A model generated the notes under the pieces. The model did not search any database and was not told the origin of the DNA. It was given only the letters and a program-made list of their open reading frames with translations. Positions 9,904 to 19,753 of a DNA stretch of 64,000 bases are shown piece by piece; the stretch's first letter is position 1, and every line of letters starts with the position of its first letter. The DNA lies in the NCBI GenBank assembly GCA_902774115.1, contig CACYHH010000003.1, positions 63,580 through 127,579 of the forward strand. The letters run 5' to 3'. Both the position numbers and the translations under genes were made by a program. Origin of the DNA: an uncultured Spirochaetales bacterium (GTDB lineage Bacteria > UBP6 > UBA1177).

Positions 9904-10748
9904 ACTTTTTTGAAAACTGCGGCTCTGTCTATGCCGGAATAGTCTTCAATGATTTCCTTAAGTTCGATTCCGTCGTAATTTTTGTTTATGAAATTAGAGC
10001 CTTCAAAACCGAGTTCCGTGATGAAATATCCGCCTGATTTCAGGAATTTGTGAACATCATTCAGGATTTTTTCCGTGATTTCGAATCCTGTTTTTCCACC
10101 GAAAAATGCGTTTTCAGGTTCGAATTCAAGCTCTTTTACGACAAATTTTTGCATGTCTTTTTCTGAAAGATAGGGCGGATTTGCCGTGATGAGGTCGAAT
10201 TCGCCTGAAATAGTGCCGAAAAGGTCGCTCTGCACGAAAGAAATTTCAGTCGATCCCGGAAAAAGGCGGTTTGAATTGATTTCTGCTACTTCGATTGCGT
10301 CTGCCGAGATATCTGAAAGAGTGAGCCTGCAATCGGTTGCCCTTTTTATGCTGAGTCCTATGCAGCCGCTTCCGCAGCAGATGTCTAGAATGTCTGCTTT
10401 TTCAGTGTTTTTCAGCAGAGTCGCCGCCTTTTCAACGATAAATTCACTTTCAGGCCGCGGAATCAGAACGCGGCTGTCTACAAAAAAAGTGTCTTCAAAG
10501 AACTCCCGTTCGTTCGTGATGTAGGCGACAGGCTCGAAATTCATCCTCCTTTCCAGAAACGAAGCAAAAAGTTCTGCCGCTTTGTCGCCGGCTTCTTCAT
10601 TGTATTTTGTGAAAAGTCCGAAACGGTTTGTACCGAGCGCTTTTGCAAGGAGAATTTCTGCGTCGAGTCTCGGAGTTTCCGAGATTCCTTTCAGTTTTTT
10701 TTCAGCTTCGTCAATAAGTGAGCCGACTTTTGATTTTGATACGCTCAT
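9900..10748 (-). CDS. prmC: release-factor glutamine N5-methyltransferase (PrmC/HemK)
   Basis: DLITANPPY (NPPY) motif. SAM-binding DICCGSGCIG. The internal ATG at 10748 gives a typical PrmC length. Confidence 0.7.
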   Translation of the reverse strand: MSVSKSKVGSLIDEAEKKLKGISETPRLDAEILLAKALGTNRFGLFTKYNEEAGDKAAELFASFLERRMNFEPVAYITNEREFFEDTFFVDSRVLIPRPESEFIVEKAATLLKNTEKADILDICCGSGCIGLSIKRATDCRLTLSDISADAIEVAEINSNRLFPGSTEISFVQSDLFGTISGEFDLITANPPYLSEKDMQKFVVKELEFEPENAFFGGKTGFEITEKILNDVHKFLKSGGYFITELGFEGSNFINKNYDGIELKEIIEDYSGIDRAAVFKKV

Positions 10749-10756
10749 TTTTGCAA

Positions 10757-11446
10757 CTATTGGTTTTTGTTGGCAATTTTTATAATGGCATCGTATATGA
10801 ACCATGCGACGTCGGCAGTGAAAAGGGGATTTTCGATGCATGCTCTGTCTTCGGGAGAAGTGATGTATGCGATTTCAAGCAGAAGCCCCGGCACGGTCGT
10901 ATCTTCGAACAAACCGAAGTTGTATTTCTGCGAAAACATATTGAGAGGCAGTTTCCATGTCGTGTGAAGGTTTGCCTTGAAATAGAGATCGCGGAAGATC
11001 GAGCCAAAGTAGAAAGAGCGGTTCACTTTGTCGTAGAAAAGTGCGGTTGAAGCTGAGTCGCTGCTCACGAAATCGGCCGGGTAGTATATTTCGAATCCGC
11101 GGTTCGTCGTAAGAACTTTCTGGCTGTTGAAGTGGAGCGAAATGAAAAGGTCGGGTTGAAGCCGCTCGATAAATTCGACTCTCTCTTTTATCGTCATCGA
11201 AGAGTCATCCGTTCTTGTGAAAATGATCTCGACTCCCTGAGCGGGGTGCTTTTTGAAAAAAACTCTGATTTTGGATGCAAGCGCCAGAGTGAGTTCTTTT
11301 TCGGTAATACTGCCCGAAACCGCTCCAGTATTGGTTCCGCCGTGCCCCGGATCAATCACGACTTTGAATTTTTTTTCAGCTGAAAGAGGGAGAAACGAGA
11401 GAAAAAGAAGTATGAAAAGAAATTTTTTCGCAGTATCGGAAAACAT
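10757..11446 (-). CDS. N-acetylmuramoyl-L-alanine amidase (Amidase_3), secreted
   Basis: Signal peptide followed by VVIDPGHGGTNTGA and LFISLHFNS motifs. Its start overlaps the parB stop (TAATG). Confidence 0.7.
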   Translation of the reverse strand: MFSDTAKKFLFILLFLSFLPLSAEKKFKVVIDPGHGGTNTGAVSGSITEKELTLALASKIRVFFKKHPAQGVEIIFTRTDDSSMTIKERVEFIERLQPDLFISLHFNSQKVLTTNRGFEIYYPADFVSSDSASTALFYDKVNRSFYFGSIFRDLYFKANLHTTWKLPLNMFSQKYNFGLFEDTTVPGLLLEIAYITSPEDRACIENPLFTADVAWFIYDAIIKIANKNQ

Positions 11447-12285
11447 TATTTTTTGCGCTTCAGGGAAGCTGAGAAAGTTTCGAAATCTTCAACGGAAGCG
11501 AAGTTCAGAGTGACTGAAATGCCGCGTTTTTTCGGCTTGAGGATGACTTTAGCCTTTGTGCCGGAAGCGATTTCGGCAGCTTTTTTCTGCCAGATTTCCG
11601 ATGTTTCAGCTTTTTTCGCCTTTTTCTTGACCGGTTTTGCGGAAGCGATTTTTTCAACCTGACGCGCGGTGAGTTTTTCGTTCAGGATCCTTTCAAGAAG
11701 AAGTTCCTGTTCATCGTGGCTGAGGGAAGCAAGCGGACGTACCTGACCGGTGGAGAGTTCTCCGCAGCGTACTAAATCCTTAACTTTTTCGCAGAGGTTG
11801 AGAAGCCTCATGCAGTTGCTTACTTCACTGCGGCTTTTTCCGACTTTTTTGCTGAGTTCGTCCTGCGTGTAGTCGAAGCGCTTCATCAGTTCGTCGTATG
11901 CTTCGGCGATTTCTATCGGATTGAGGTCTTCGCGCTGAAGATTTTCGATAAGTGATACCTGATATTCCTCTTCACCTTTGAAAATCGTTACCGGAACTTC
12001 GGTGAGTCCTGCGATCTGTGCCGCGCGGAAACGGCGTTCACCTGCAACGATGCGGTAGATTGCACCCTCTTTTTTGACAAGTATCGGCTGGATTATGCCG
12101 TATTGCTTTATCGATTCTGCAAGTTCTGCAAGTCTTTTTTCATCAAACCTTTTTCTCGGCTGCTCCTCGTTCGGTTTTATCGACGAAACCGGAAGCGTCA
12201 TCTGGTCTGAATCTGTTTTAAGCAGAGCATCCAAACCTTTTCCCATTATTTTTTTCTGAAGCATTGATCCCTCCATGAAATTCAA
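11446..12285 (-). CDS. parB: ParB/Spo0J-family partition protein
   Basis: GKGLDALL, IQPILV, IVAGERRFRAA ParB-box motifs. No parA is adjacent. Confidence 0.75.
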   Translation of the reverse strand: MNFMEGSMLQKKIMGKGLDALLKTDSDQMTLPVSSIKPNEEQPRKRFDEKRLAELAESIKQYGIIQPILVKKEGAIYRIVAGERRFRAAQIAGLTEVPVTIFKGEEEYQVSLIENLQREDLNPIEIAEAYDELMKRFDYTQDELSKKVGKSRSEVSNCMRLLNLCEKVKDLVRCGELSTGQVRPLASLSHDEQELLLERILNEKLTARQVEKIASAKPVKKKAKKAETSEIWQKKAAEIASGTKAKVILKPKKRGISVTLNFASVEDFETFSASLKRKK

Positions 12286-12335
12286 GCCGAGCGATTTTAT
12301 TTAAGGTGTTTTTTCTGTCAAGTCGGCATTGTTTT

Positions 12336-14462
12336 TTATATATTCAGTTTCAGGCCTATCCACGGCGTAATTCCGGCAGTGCCGTATTCGACGGAGTAGG
12401 CGTAGTCGTCATTGTCGAGCATGTTTTCGATTTTTGCGAATATTGTCACATAGTTGTGGACTTTGTATGAAATTGCGAAATTGAGGATCACGAAGTCGTC
12501 AACTGTGACGATATAGGGCGTTTTAGGATAGTTGTAAACCTCATCCTTACGGGTTCCGACATAATCGACTTCAAGAGAAATATTCAATTTTTTCTCATAG
12601 TTATAGTTGAGAATTGCGTTGAAGGAGTGCTGCGGTCTTCTCAAAGTCGGGGTCTTTGCTTTGTATTTCTGACCTTTGTATTCGACCACTTTGTATTCCT
12701 GCATTTTGAAGATCCATGTGTAGGAACTGCGAAGACTGAGTCCCCAGAAAGGTTTTGTGTAGAGTGAAACTTCAAGCCCGTGGTTTTCAATTCTGTATCT
12801 GTTTGAATATATTCCGCTTTTGTCCAAATCAATGTGGTTGTGCTTCTGCTCGTAGAAGTATCCCGCTTCGAGAAGAATCTTTCTTTCCACGAAATACTGC
12901 TGGATCGCTCCGTCGAAGCCGTATGCCGTTTCGGGTTTAAGTTCCTGATAAAGATTGGCGTAACGGCTGAAGCGCTGGAAAAGGGTAGGGGTTTTCGCTC
13001 CGCGGGCGAACCTTGCCTTGAAACCCATCTCAATCGGCGTTTCGTAAGCCGCTCCGATTGAAAAAGTGGGTTCTATATTTTTTTTTGTCTCGCTCGGAAG
13101 CGCCTCGTCGGTGTTTTTGTCAAGCAGTGAAAGCTGATAGTAATTGGTCTGAAGACGCCCTCCGATATTCAGTTCGAGTTTGTCTACAGGCTTGAAAATA
13201 TTGAAAAGGTAGGCATCGAAATTTATGTCGGGATTTGGAACGAAATCCATGTTGAAATAGCGTCCCGCCGAGTAGTCTTCGTAATCCGCCGTTCCCCATT
13301 CAGTGCCGAAATCAAGTCCGGTTACAAGCTCGTACCAGTCAACAGGAACGACACTGTTTTTCCAGTTGAGAGCGAAGGTGAGCGAGCTGTAGCGGCTTTT
13401 CAAATCGCCTGCCATTTTTCCCTTGTCTGCCGGATCGTTGTCTCTGAGAGAACTCAGAAGAAGCGAAATGTCAAACTTTAAATTCCAGATTTTATTGAAT
13501 AAATTCGATTCTGTTCCCGTTTTGAAAAGGAGAGATTCGTTTCTCAGGAATCTGTTGGGATCGTCCATTCCGAGCCCCGGACCGTCATCTATATTCGCCT
13601 TGCCGATGTTTCCGTGGAGTATAACTTCCCACGTGTTGTCGCTGTTGATATCGACTCCGCCGCGGAAATAGACGGAGCCTTTTATTACAGAATCGTTTTC
13701 AGGAGTTTTCGTGTAGAGATTTTCCTTTACATCCTTGTAGGAATCGGCCATCGAGATTCCTTTTGTGTAGAAAAAAGAACCGCCTCCGGAATAGTAAAAG
13801 CGCTTTTTCGAACCGCTTATGTTCGCGCTGGCATTGGCCGTGTCGGGGATGTAGCGACTGTTGCTCATATCGAGGACAGCAGTAGACGCCGATGCCGTGA
13901 ATTTCGGTGTTCCCTTTCCTTTTTTGGTTCTTATGTCTAAAACTCCGGCAAGTGCGCCGCTTCCGTAAAGAACGGGCTGAGGTCCTTTCAAAAGCTCGAT
14001 TTTCGCGATGTTTTCAGGGCTCATTGAAAGGTCTGCCGCGCCGTTTGGGCTCAAAGGATTCCGCATTTCGACTCCGTCGATCAGCACTAAAACGTCGGCG
14101 CTTCTGAAACCGCGGACAAAGAGAAACTGCGACTGACCGGTTCTGCCGTCGCCGTTGACGTAAACGCCGGGCATCTCTTTTACTGCATCGCCTGTCGTTA
14201 TCGACTGCTTTTCTGAAATTTCCTTTGCGTTTACCGAATTCTGCGCCGCAGTGCCGTCACTTGATGTTTTTTTCTTCCGCGATCCCTTGACCACGATTTT
14301 GTTGTCGTCCGATTTCGCAGCCTTTTTCGTCGTTTCCGGTTCGCCGGACGTTTCATTTTGAGGCGTTTCAGGAAATGTCTCTACGGGTTCGGCGGCAGAA
14401 ACAGAGATCGTTGAAATCAGAAAAACGGACAAAATCAGGCGGAAAAACGGCAGATTTTTCAT
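12336..14462 (-). CDS. TonB-dependent outer-membrane receptor
   Basis: Signal peptide. Plug-domain motifs (DAVKEMPGVYV, FLFVRGFRS...VLIDGVEM). About 700 aa beta-barrel length. Confidence 0.7.
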   Translation of the reverse strand: MKNLPFFRLILSVFLISTISVSAAEPVETFPETPQNETSGEPETTKKAAKSDDNKIVVKGSRKKKTSSDGTAAQNSVNAKEISEKQSITTGDAVKEMPGVYVNGDGRTGQSQFLFVRGFRSADVLVLIDGVEMRNPLSPNGAADLSMSPENIAKIELLKGPQPVLYGSGALAGVLDIRTKKGKGTPKFTASASTAVLDMSNSRYIPDTANASANISGSKKRFYYSGGGSFFYTKGISMADSYKDVKENLYTKTPENDSVIKGSVYFRGGVDINSDNTWEVILHGNIGKANIDDGPGLGMDDPNRFLRNESLLFKTGTESNLFNKIWNLKFDISLLLSSLRDNDPADKGKMAGDLKSRYSSLTFALNWKNSVVPVDWYELVTGLDFGTEWGTADYEDYSAGRYFNMDFVPNPDINFDAYLFNIFKPVDKLELNIGGRLQTNYYQLSLLDKNTDEALPSETKKNIEPTFSIGAAYETPIEMGFKARFARGAKTPTLFQRFSRYANLYQELKPETAYGFDGAIQQYFVERKILLEAGYFYEQKHNHIDLDKSGIYSNRYRIENHGLEVSLYTKPFWGLSLRSSYTWIFKMQEYKVVEYKGQKYKAKTPTLRRPQHSFNAILNYNYEKKLNISLEVDYVGTRKDEVYNYPKTPYIVTVDDFVILNFAISYKVHNYVTIFAKIENMLDNDDYAYSVEYGTAGITPWIGLKLNI

Positions 14463-14468
14463 TTTTGG

Positions 14469-16262
14469 TTATTTGTTGATTTCGATTCTTCCTGAACCGA
14501 ACGGATTTTCGTAGTCGAGAAGGTAATTTTTGTAGGATTTCAGCGGGCTGTTTCCGGTCGAAATGTGCGGATAGCCGTCTTTGCCCTTTTTGAACGATTT
14601 AAAGTAGTCCGAAAGGATGATGTAGTCCTCTCCGACAAAATCGAGAATAGGGACTATTCCTTTGAACATCGCCATGCCGTCACCCAAATTCTTGAGGACG
14701 TAGTTCGCACCTGCGAGACGGTATTTCCTTTCCAGATCCAGCGGCTCGAATTCACTTGTTTCGCGGTTGTAGACCTGAACATTCTGAACTTTGTATTTTC
14801 CGGTCGGTGCGCCGAGCCAGATCCCGTTTCCGTCAATCTGAACCGTCGATTCAACAGTCGAATCAATTTCGTATTTTATGCCGGCAACATGAAGAAATCC
14901 GCCTGATTCAGCCGGAATGTGCTTGGTTTCATCGTAGACTCCGGCAAACATCGCTCCTTTTTCAAGAGCATCGAGGATCTGCTGGCCGGTCGCTTCGACG
15001 ACGCAGAGCTGGTTGCCGAAGGGATGTACTGTTTTTGCAGAAAAGTACGAAACATCGCCGGGATTTATTCCGTTTCGGATGCCGCCGCCGTTGGAAAAGG
15101 CGATATCACAGTTGAGTTTCAGCTTTTCGTTGAAGAAGTAGTAGTATGAATCTGCCGTGAGGTCTCCTAAATTGGTTTCCTGACATCTTACGATTCTCTG
15201 AGCCGGATTTTTCGGGTCCATAACGAACATTTTTGAGTCGAGAACGGCGATTTTTTCACCTAATTTTTCATCTATTGTCTTTATCCAGCCAAGCTCGGTT
15301 TCGGTGACGAACTCGTTCTGTCTGCCGTATTCATGCAGCACTTCGGTCGATATCGTGCCGTCTTTTGCGATAGTCATTACTCCGATACCTTTGAAATATG
15401 CGCCGGTTTGTGTCAGAAGCACTTCATTTCCTTTTGAATCCGGGACATATTCGTGTTCTATGAGTGTGTGTGAGTGTCCGTCGATAAATGCGTCAAGTCC
15501 GTGAGTATGCTGAATGACCTCGCGGCTCGTGTAAGGAACTGACGAAAGATCGACCCCCAGGTGTCCGAGAGCGATGACGTAATCAGCCTGCGGTTTGACT
15601 TCATCGATGGTCTTCTGGACCGCGTTGTAAAGCTCGCTTCCGTCTTCACCCGAATAGAAGTTGTAAAGGAGATTCCCGTTTTTATCCATAAAGAAAGTCG
15701 GGGTCGATTTCGTGATGCTTTCAGGTGTGCTGATTCCGATGAAAGCGATTTTCAAACCTCCTTTCTCGATGATCTTGTAAGCCGGAAGCACAAGTTTTCC
15801 GTCATCGGTTTTGTAGAAGTTGCACGAAAGGTAGGAATACTCCGCTTTGTTTATCAGTTCAAGGATCCTTGCTATACCGTAATCGAACTCGTGGTTGCCG
15901 ATAGTTGCGATATCGTATCCCGTTTCGTTCATCATCTGAATGATCGTCGCTCCTTTGTCCATGTCGCCGTAAGCCGTGCCCTGGATGTGGTCTCCGGCGT
16001 CTGCAAGAATGACCTCTTTCCCCTGCGCTTCAATGTCTTCTTTCAAAGCCGAAAGTGCCGAATATGAAAGATTCATGGCCTTTTTTGCATCTTCGGGATT
16101 GCGGTTTTTGATGTAGGTGTGAATGTCGTTTGTGTAAATGATCACGACATCGTTAAGAGGTGTCTTTTTTGTTTCGATTCCCTGATTCAGAAACCACGCA
16201 GCGACTGCTACAGCGGCAATAACAAAAAAGAGGATGAGAATTTTTTTATTTTTCCGGAACAT
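14469..16262 (-). CDS. secreted 5'-nucleotidase / UDP-sugar hydrolase family metallophosphoesterase
   Basis: IYTNDIHTYI, ADAGDHIQGT and GNHEFDYG metallophosphatase motifs, plus a 5'-nucleotidase C-domain. Confidence 0.75.
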   Translation of the reverse strand: MFRKNKKILILFFVIAAVAVAAWFLNQGIETKKTPLNDVVIIYTNDIHTYIKNRNPEDAKKAMNLSYSALSALKEDIEAQGKEVILADAGDHIQGTAYGDMDKGATIIQMMNETGYDIATIGNHEFDYGIARILELINKAEYSYLSCNFYKTDDGKLVLPAYKIIEKGGLKIAFIGISTPESITKSTPTFFMDKNGNLLYNFYSGEDGSELYNAVQKTIDEVKPQADYVIALGHLGVDLSSVPYTSREVIQHTHGLDAFIDGHSHTLIEHEYVPDSKGNEVLLTQTGAYFKGIGVMTIAKDGTISTEVLHEYGRQNEFVTETELGWIKTIDEKLGEKIAVLDSKMFVMDPKNPAQRIVRCQETNLGDLTADSYYYFFNEKLKLNCDIAFSNGGGIRNGINPGDVSYFSAKTVHPFGNQLCVVEATGQQILDALEKGAMFAGVYDETKHIPAESGGFLHVAGIKYEIDSTVESTVQIDGNGIWLGAPTGKYKVQNVQVYNRETSEFEPLDLERKYRLAGANYVLKNLGDGMAMFKGIVPILDFVGEDYIILSDYFKSFKKGKDGYPHISTGNSPLKSYKNYLLDYENPFGSGRIEINK

Positions 16263-16305
16263 AGAGCCTTTGTCCTGTTGAATTAAAACATTGTTGCCAA
16301 CTTCG

Positions 16306-18303
16306 TTATTCCTCTACTTTCGCTTTGAGTGTGTGCCAGATCATGTAAGCGCAGAGAACGAGGAACATAACTATTGCAAGCCACTGCGCGCCGTTGGATT
16401 CCGCCCACTCAGCCATGAAGAAGTCAAGTCCGACGAATTTGAGGATCGCAGCAAGGACACCCATCAGAGCACCGCCCGCGATGAATCCGGAAGCGATGAG
16501 AGTTCCCTGTTCCTGACGTGCGTTGTTGAGTTTTTCGTCTTTCGAGCGGGTGATTACGAATTCGTTGATAAGTCCGCCGATAAGTATCGGAACGTTGAGG
16601 TCAAGCGGAATGAACATACCGAGCGCGAAAGCAAGCGCAGGAACACCGATCGAAGTGAGGATAAGAGCGAGAGCAGCACCAGCGCCGTAAAGCATCCACG
16701 GAGCCGGATCACCCGACATGAGAGGCTCGATAACTGCTGCCATTGCGTTTGCCTGCGGAGCGACGAGAGCATTGTCGCCGGTGAATCCGTAGGTTTTGTT
16801 GAGAACCATGATAACGCCGCCGACAGTAGCCGCCGAAACGAGAACGCCGAGGAACTTCCATGTTTCCTGTTTGTAAGGCGATGTACCGAGCCAGTAGCCG
16901 ATCTTGAGGTCGGTGATGAAGCCGCCGGCAGTCGAAAGAGCCGTGCAGACAACGCCGCCGATAACGAGCGCTGCCACCATTCCGGCAGTTCCTTTAAGGC
17001 CTACCGCAACCATGATGAATGAAGCGATGATGAGTGTCATGAGCGTCATACCCGAAACAGGGTTCGAGCCGACGATCGCGATCGCATTAGCCGCAACTGT
17101 CGTGAAGAGGAATGCGATAACCATAACTATTGCAAGTCCGACGATCGCGTGAGTCAGATTGTGGACAACGCCGAACTGGAAGAATACGAAAACAAGAACT
17201 GTGAGCGCAAGGATCCCGAAAACGATGATCTTCATCGAAATATCCTTCTGAGTACGGAGCATTTCGGCATTTTTGTCTTTGCCTTTGCCGCCGAGTTCTC
17301 TGACTGCAAGGCCGAAAGCCTGAAGGATGATCCCTTTGGAACGCCAGATTCCGATCATTCCGGCCATTGCGATGCCGCCGATACCGACAGGTCTGACATA
17401 GTTCGCGAAGATCTGTTCAGGCGACATCTGTGCGATCGTGAGAGTGATGTTAGCGCCTACAGGCTGCGTCATGCCGCTTGCAAAGTGGGCGATTATAGGG
17501 ATTATTACGAACCAGCCGATGAATGAGCCAGCGCAGATGATTGCAGCGTATTTGAGGCCGACGATGTAACCGAGACCCATTACAGCCGCGCCGGTATTCG
17601 TCTTGAAAACGAGTTTATAGTCTTTTGCAAGAGTTTCGCCGAATCCTACGATACGAGTCGAAACAGTTTCCGCCCATGCGCCGAAATTAGCGATTATGAA
17701 GTCGTAAAGACCGCCGACAAGACCTGCGATAAGAAGGACTTTCGCCTGGTTGCCGCCTTTTTCGCCGCTTACAAGGACCTGAGTTGTAGCCGTAGCTTCA
17801 GGGAAGGGGTATTTTCCGTGCATATCTGCGACAAAGTATTTGCGGAACGGAATCAGGAAAAGGATTCCGAGAAATCCGCCGAGAAGCGACGAGAAGAATA
17901 TCTGGATGAAATCGACTTCGATGTCGGGATATTTCGCCTGAAGGATGTAAAGCGCAGGAAGGGTGAAGATCGCGCCTGCGACGATAACGCCCGAGCATGC
18001 GCCGATCGACTGGATTATTACGTTTTCGCCGAGAGCGTTCTTTCTCTTGAAAACTGTGGAAAGAGCTATCGCGATGATCGCAATCGGGATCGCCGCTTCG
18101 AAGACCTGACCGATCTTAAGGCCGAGATAAGCCGCTGCAGCCGAGAAAACGGCAGCCATGACAAGACCCCAGACGACCGACCATGGAGTGATTTCGGGAT
18201 AAACTTTTTTCGGAGACATCAAGGGTTCGAAGACTTCTCCTTCCTTGAGTTCCCTGAACGCATTCTCCGGAATTCCTTTGATTTGTTCCTGATTTTCTGA
18301 CAT
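16306..18303 (-). CDS. OPT-family oligopeptide transporter
   Basis: 665 aa polytopic membrane protein. The N-terminus (PKKVYPEITPWSVVWGLVMAA...) is typical of the OPT family. Confidence 0.65.
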   Translation of the reverse strand: MSENQEQIKGIPENAFRELKEGEVFEPLMSPKKVYPEITPWSVVWGLVMAAVFSAAAAYLGLKIGQVFEAAIPIAIIAIALSTVFKRKNALGENVIIQSIGACSGVIVAGAIFTLPALYILQAKYPDIEVDFIQIFFSSLLGGFLGILFLIPFRKYFVADMHGKYPFPEATATTQVLVSGEKGGNQAKVLLIAGLVGGLYDFIIANFGAWAETVSTRIVGFGETLAKDYKLVFKTNTGAAVMGLGYIVGLKYAAIICAGSFIGWFVIIPIIAHFASGMTQPVGANITLTIAQMSPEQIFANYVRPVGIGGIAMAGMIGIWRSKGIILQAFGLAVRELGGKGKDKNAEMLRTQKDISMKIIVFGILALTVLVFVFFQFGVVHNLTHAIVGLAIVMVIAFLFTTVAANAIAIVGSNPVSGMTLMTLIIASFIMVAVGLKGTAGMVAALVIGGVVCTALSTAGGFITDLKIGYWLGTSPYKQETWKFLGVLVSAATVGGVIMVLNKTYGFTGDNALVAPQANAMAAVIEPLMSGDPAPWMLYGAGAALALILTSIGVPALAFALGMFIPLDLNVPILIGGLINEFVITRSKDEKLNNARQEQGTLIASGFIAGGALMGVLAAILKFVGLDFFMAEWAESNGAQWLAIVMFLVLCAYMIWHTLKAKVEE

Positions 18304-18408
18304 TTATTCCTCCAAAATTAAAAAAACCTTTTGAATTTAGGGAAAAAAAGAGAGTTAGTCAATATTTTGGATTTTGTTTTTTTGCCTGACGGATCTGAAT
18401 AAAAGGAA

Positions 18409-18501
18409 GGCCGGAGAAACCGCAACACACAAACTGTCCGCTACCGCTGCTTCCTCTCGGACCTGACGGGGTTTGCGGGGCTTGTTGTACGGCACCCGGC
18501 C
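18409..18501 (-). ncRNA. ffs: signal recognition particle RNA (4.5S RNA, ffs)
   Basis: The reverse complement contains GUCAGGUCCGAGAGGAAGCAGCGG, a near-exact SRP domain-IV consensus, flanked by pairing GGCCGG...CCGGCC ends. Boundaries are approximate. Confidence 0.55.
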
Positions 18502-18505
18502 ACAA

Positions 18506-18596
<91 letters not shown>

Positions 18597-18621
18597 ATGA
18601 ACCGGAAAAAGGATAAAAATA

Positions 18622-18715
18622 TGGCGGAGAGATAGGGATTCGAACCCCAGGCACCCTGTAAAGAGCGCACCTGATTTCGAGTCAGGCTCCTTCGACCACT
18701 CGGACATCTCTCCGC
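18622..18715 (-). tRNA. tRNA-Ser (anticodon CGA)
   Basis: GCGGAGAGAUGUCCGAGUGG...anticodon loop CUCGAAA...GGUUCGAAUCCC...CCA. Confidence 0.8.
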
Positions 18716-18716
18716 G

Positions 18717-19214
18717 TTATTCAAGATTTCCGGATTCGGACTGTTTTTTCGAAAGTTTCTGCTTTTCCCTGATTTCACGGAAGAAACCTGATAAAAGTTC
18801 GGCAGACTCTACAGCCAGAATCCCTTCAACGACTTCCACCCTGTGATTTAAGCGCTCGTCTTCGAGAAGCGTGTAGAGCGATCTCACTCCGCCTGCTTTC
18901 GGATCTCTTGCACCGAAATAAACTTTGGGGATCCGAGACTGCACTATCGCGCCGCTGCACATGATGCAGGGCTCCAAAGTGACATAAAGCTCGCAATCCT
19001 CAAGCCGCCAGCTTTTTAAATAAGCTGCAGCTTCGCTTATTGCCTCGATTTCCGCATGGGAAAGGGGGGACTGGGCGGATTCGCGTTTGTTGAATCCTTT
19101 TCCGATTACTCTGTTTTCAAAGACCACGACTGCGCCGACGGGAACTTCGCCCATCTCTCTCGCCTTTTCAGCAAGGTCAAGCGCAATTTTCATATATTCG
19201 GTTTCTCTTGTCAT
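18717..19214 (-). CDS. tadA: tRNA-specific adenosine deaminase TadA
   Basis: HAEIEAI...EPCIMCSGAI CDA-fold zinc motifs. The longer ORF (to 19271) would overlap tRNA-Arg, so I chose the internal start MTRETEY. Confidence 0.75.
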   Translation of the reverse strand: MTRETEYMKIALDLAEKAREMGEVPVGAVVVFENRVIGKGFNKRESAQSPLSHAEIEAISEAAAYLKSWRLEDCELYVTLEPCIMCSGAIVQSRIPKVYFGARDPKAGGVRSLYTLLEDERLNHRVEVVEGILAVESAELLSGFFREIREKQKLSKKQSESGNLE

Positions 19215-19222
19215 CACCGGTA

Positions 19223-19299
19223 TGGCGCGCCCAGGAGGACTCGAACCTCCAGCCTTTTGGTCCGTAGCCAAACGCTCTATCCAATTGGGCTATGGGCGC
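19223..19299 (-). tRNA. tRNA-Arg (anticodon ACG)
   Basis: GCGCCCAUAGCCCAAUUGGAUAGAGCG-UUUGG-CUACGGA-CCAAA-...GGUUCGAGUCCUCC-UGGGCGC-GCCA. Anticodon loop CUACGGA. Confidence 0.8.
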
Positions 19300-19309
19300 C
19301 CAAAAAAAG

Positions 19310-19404
19310 TGGCGGAGAGGGAGGGATTCGGACCCTCGATGGAATTATTAGTCCCATACCCACTTAGCAGGCGAGCTCCTTCGGCCTCTCGGACACCTCT
19401 CCGC
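19310..19404 (-). tRNA. tRNA-Ser (anticodon GCU)
   Basis: GCGGAGAGGUGUCCGAGAGG...anticodon loop CUGCUAA...long variable arm...GGUCCGAAUCCC...CCA. Confidence 0.75.
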
Positions 19405-19412
19405 AGCACATC

Positions 19413-19502
19413 TGGCGGAAGAGGTAGGATTCGAACCCACGGACGCGTAAACGTCAACGGTTTTCAAGACCGCCGCCTTCGACCACTCGGCCACTCTTCC
19501 GC
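19413..19502 (-). tRNA. tRNA-Ser (anticodon UGA)
   Basis: GCGGAAGAGUGGCCGAGUGG...anticodon loop CUUGAAA...GGUUCGAAUCCUACC...CCA. Confidence 0.75.
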
Positions 19503-19659
19503 AAATGAAATTCAATGCTCAAAGAACAAAGCGGAGCAATGATGCTTATTTTTTGTTGAAAGTCAATAAAAATTTCTCTTTTTTTGGTGAGCAGGCTTCG
19601 TTTTCGGAAAACTATACTCGTTTTCGTTTGGTTCCCGGCTTGAAAAAACTCCAAAAATA

Positions 19660-19687
19660 TTGATTTAAAATCAAAAGAGAGCATAAT
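19660..19687 (+). promoter_or_regulatory. candidate sigma70-like promoter for the tpiA operon (TTGATT-N16-CATAAT)
   Basis: The hexamers sit at 19660-19665 and 19682-19687, about 65 nt upstream of the AGGAGG RBS. Confidence 0.3.
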
Positions 19688-19753
19688 TTCGACCTTGTCT
19701 GGCGGCTGGTAATAAAAATTGAGGTCTGCCGCTCGTTTTTTTAGGAGGTTAAA

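Noticed and set aside
16291-17526. + strand ORFs (243 aa, 82 aa, 125 aa) opposite the OPT transporter
   Set aside because: They are antisense to a well-supported 665-aa membrane transporter. Their composition is low complexity and charged, typical of shadow ORFs.
19700-19745. GCGGC...GCCGC stem followed by a T7 tract just upstream of the tpiA RBS
   Set aside because: The stem is only 5 bp and the loop is 21 nt. The site lies in a divergent promoter region where no terminator is needed. The T tract is probably AT-rich leader sequence.
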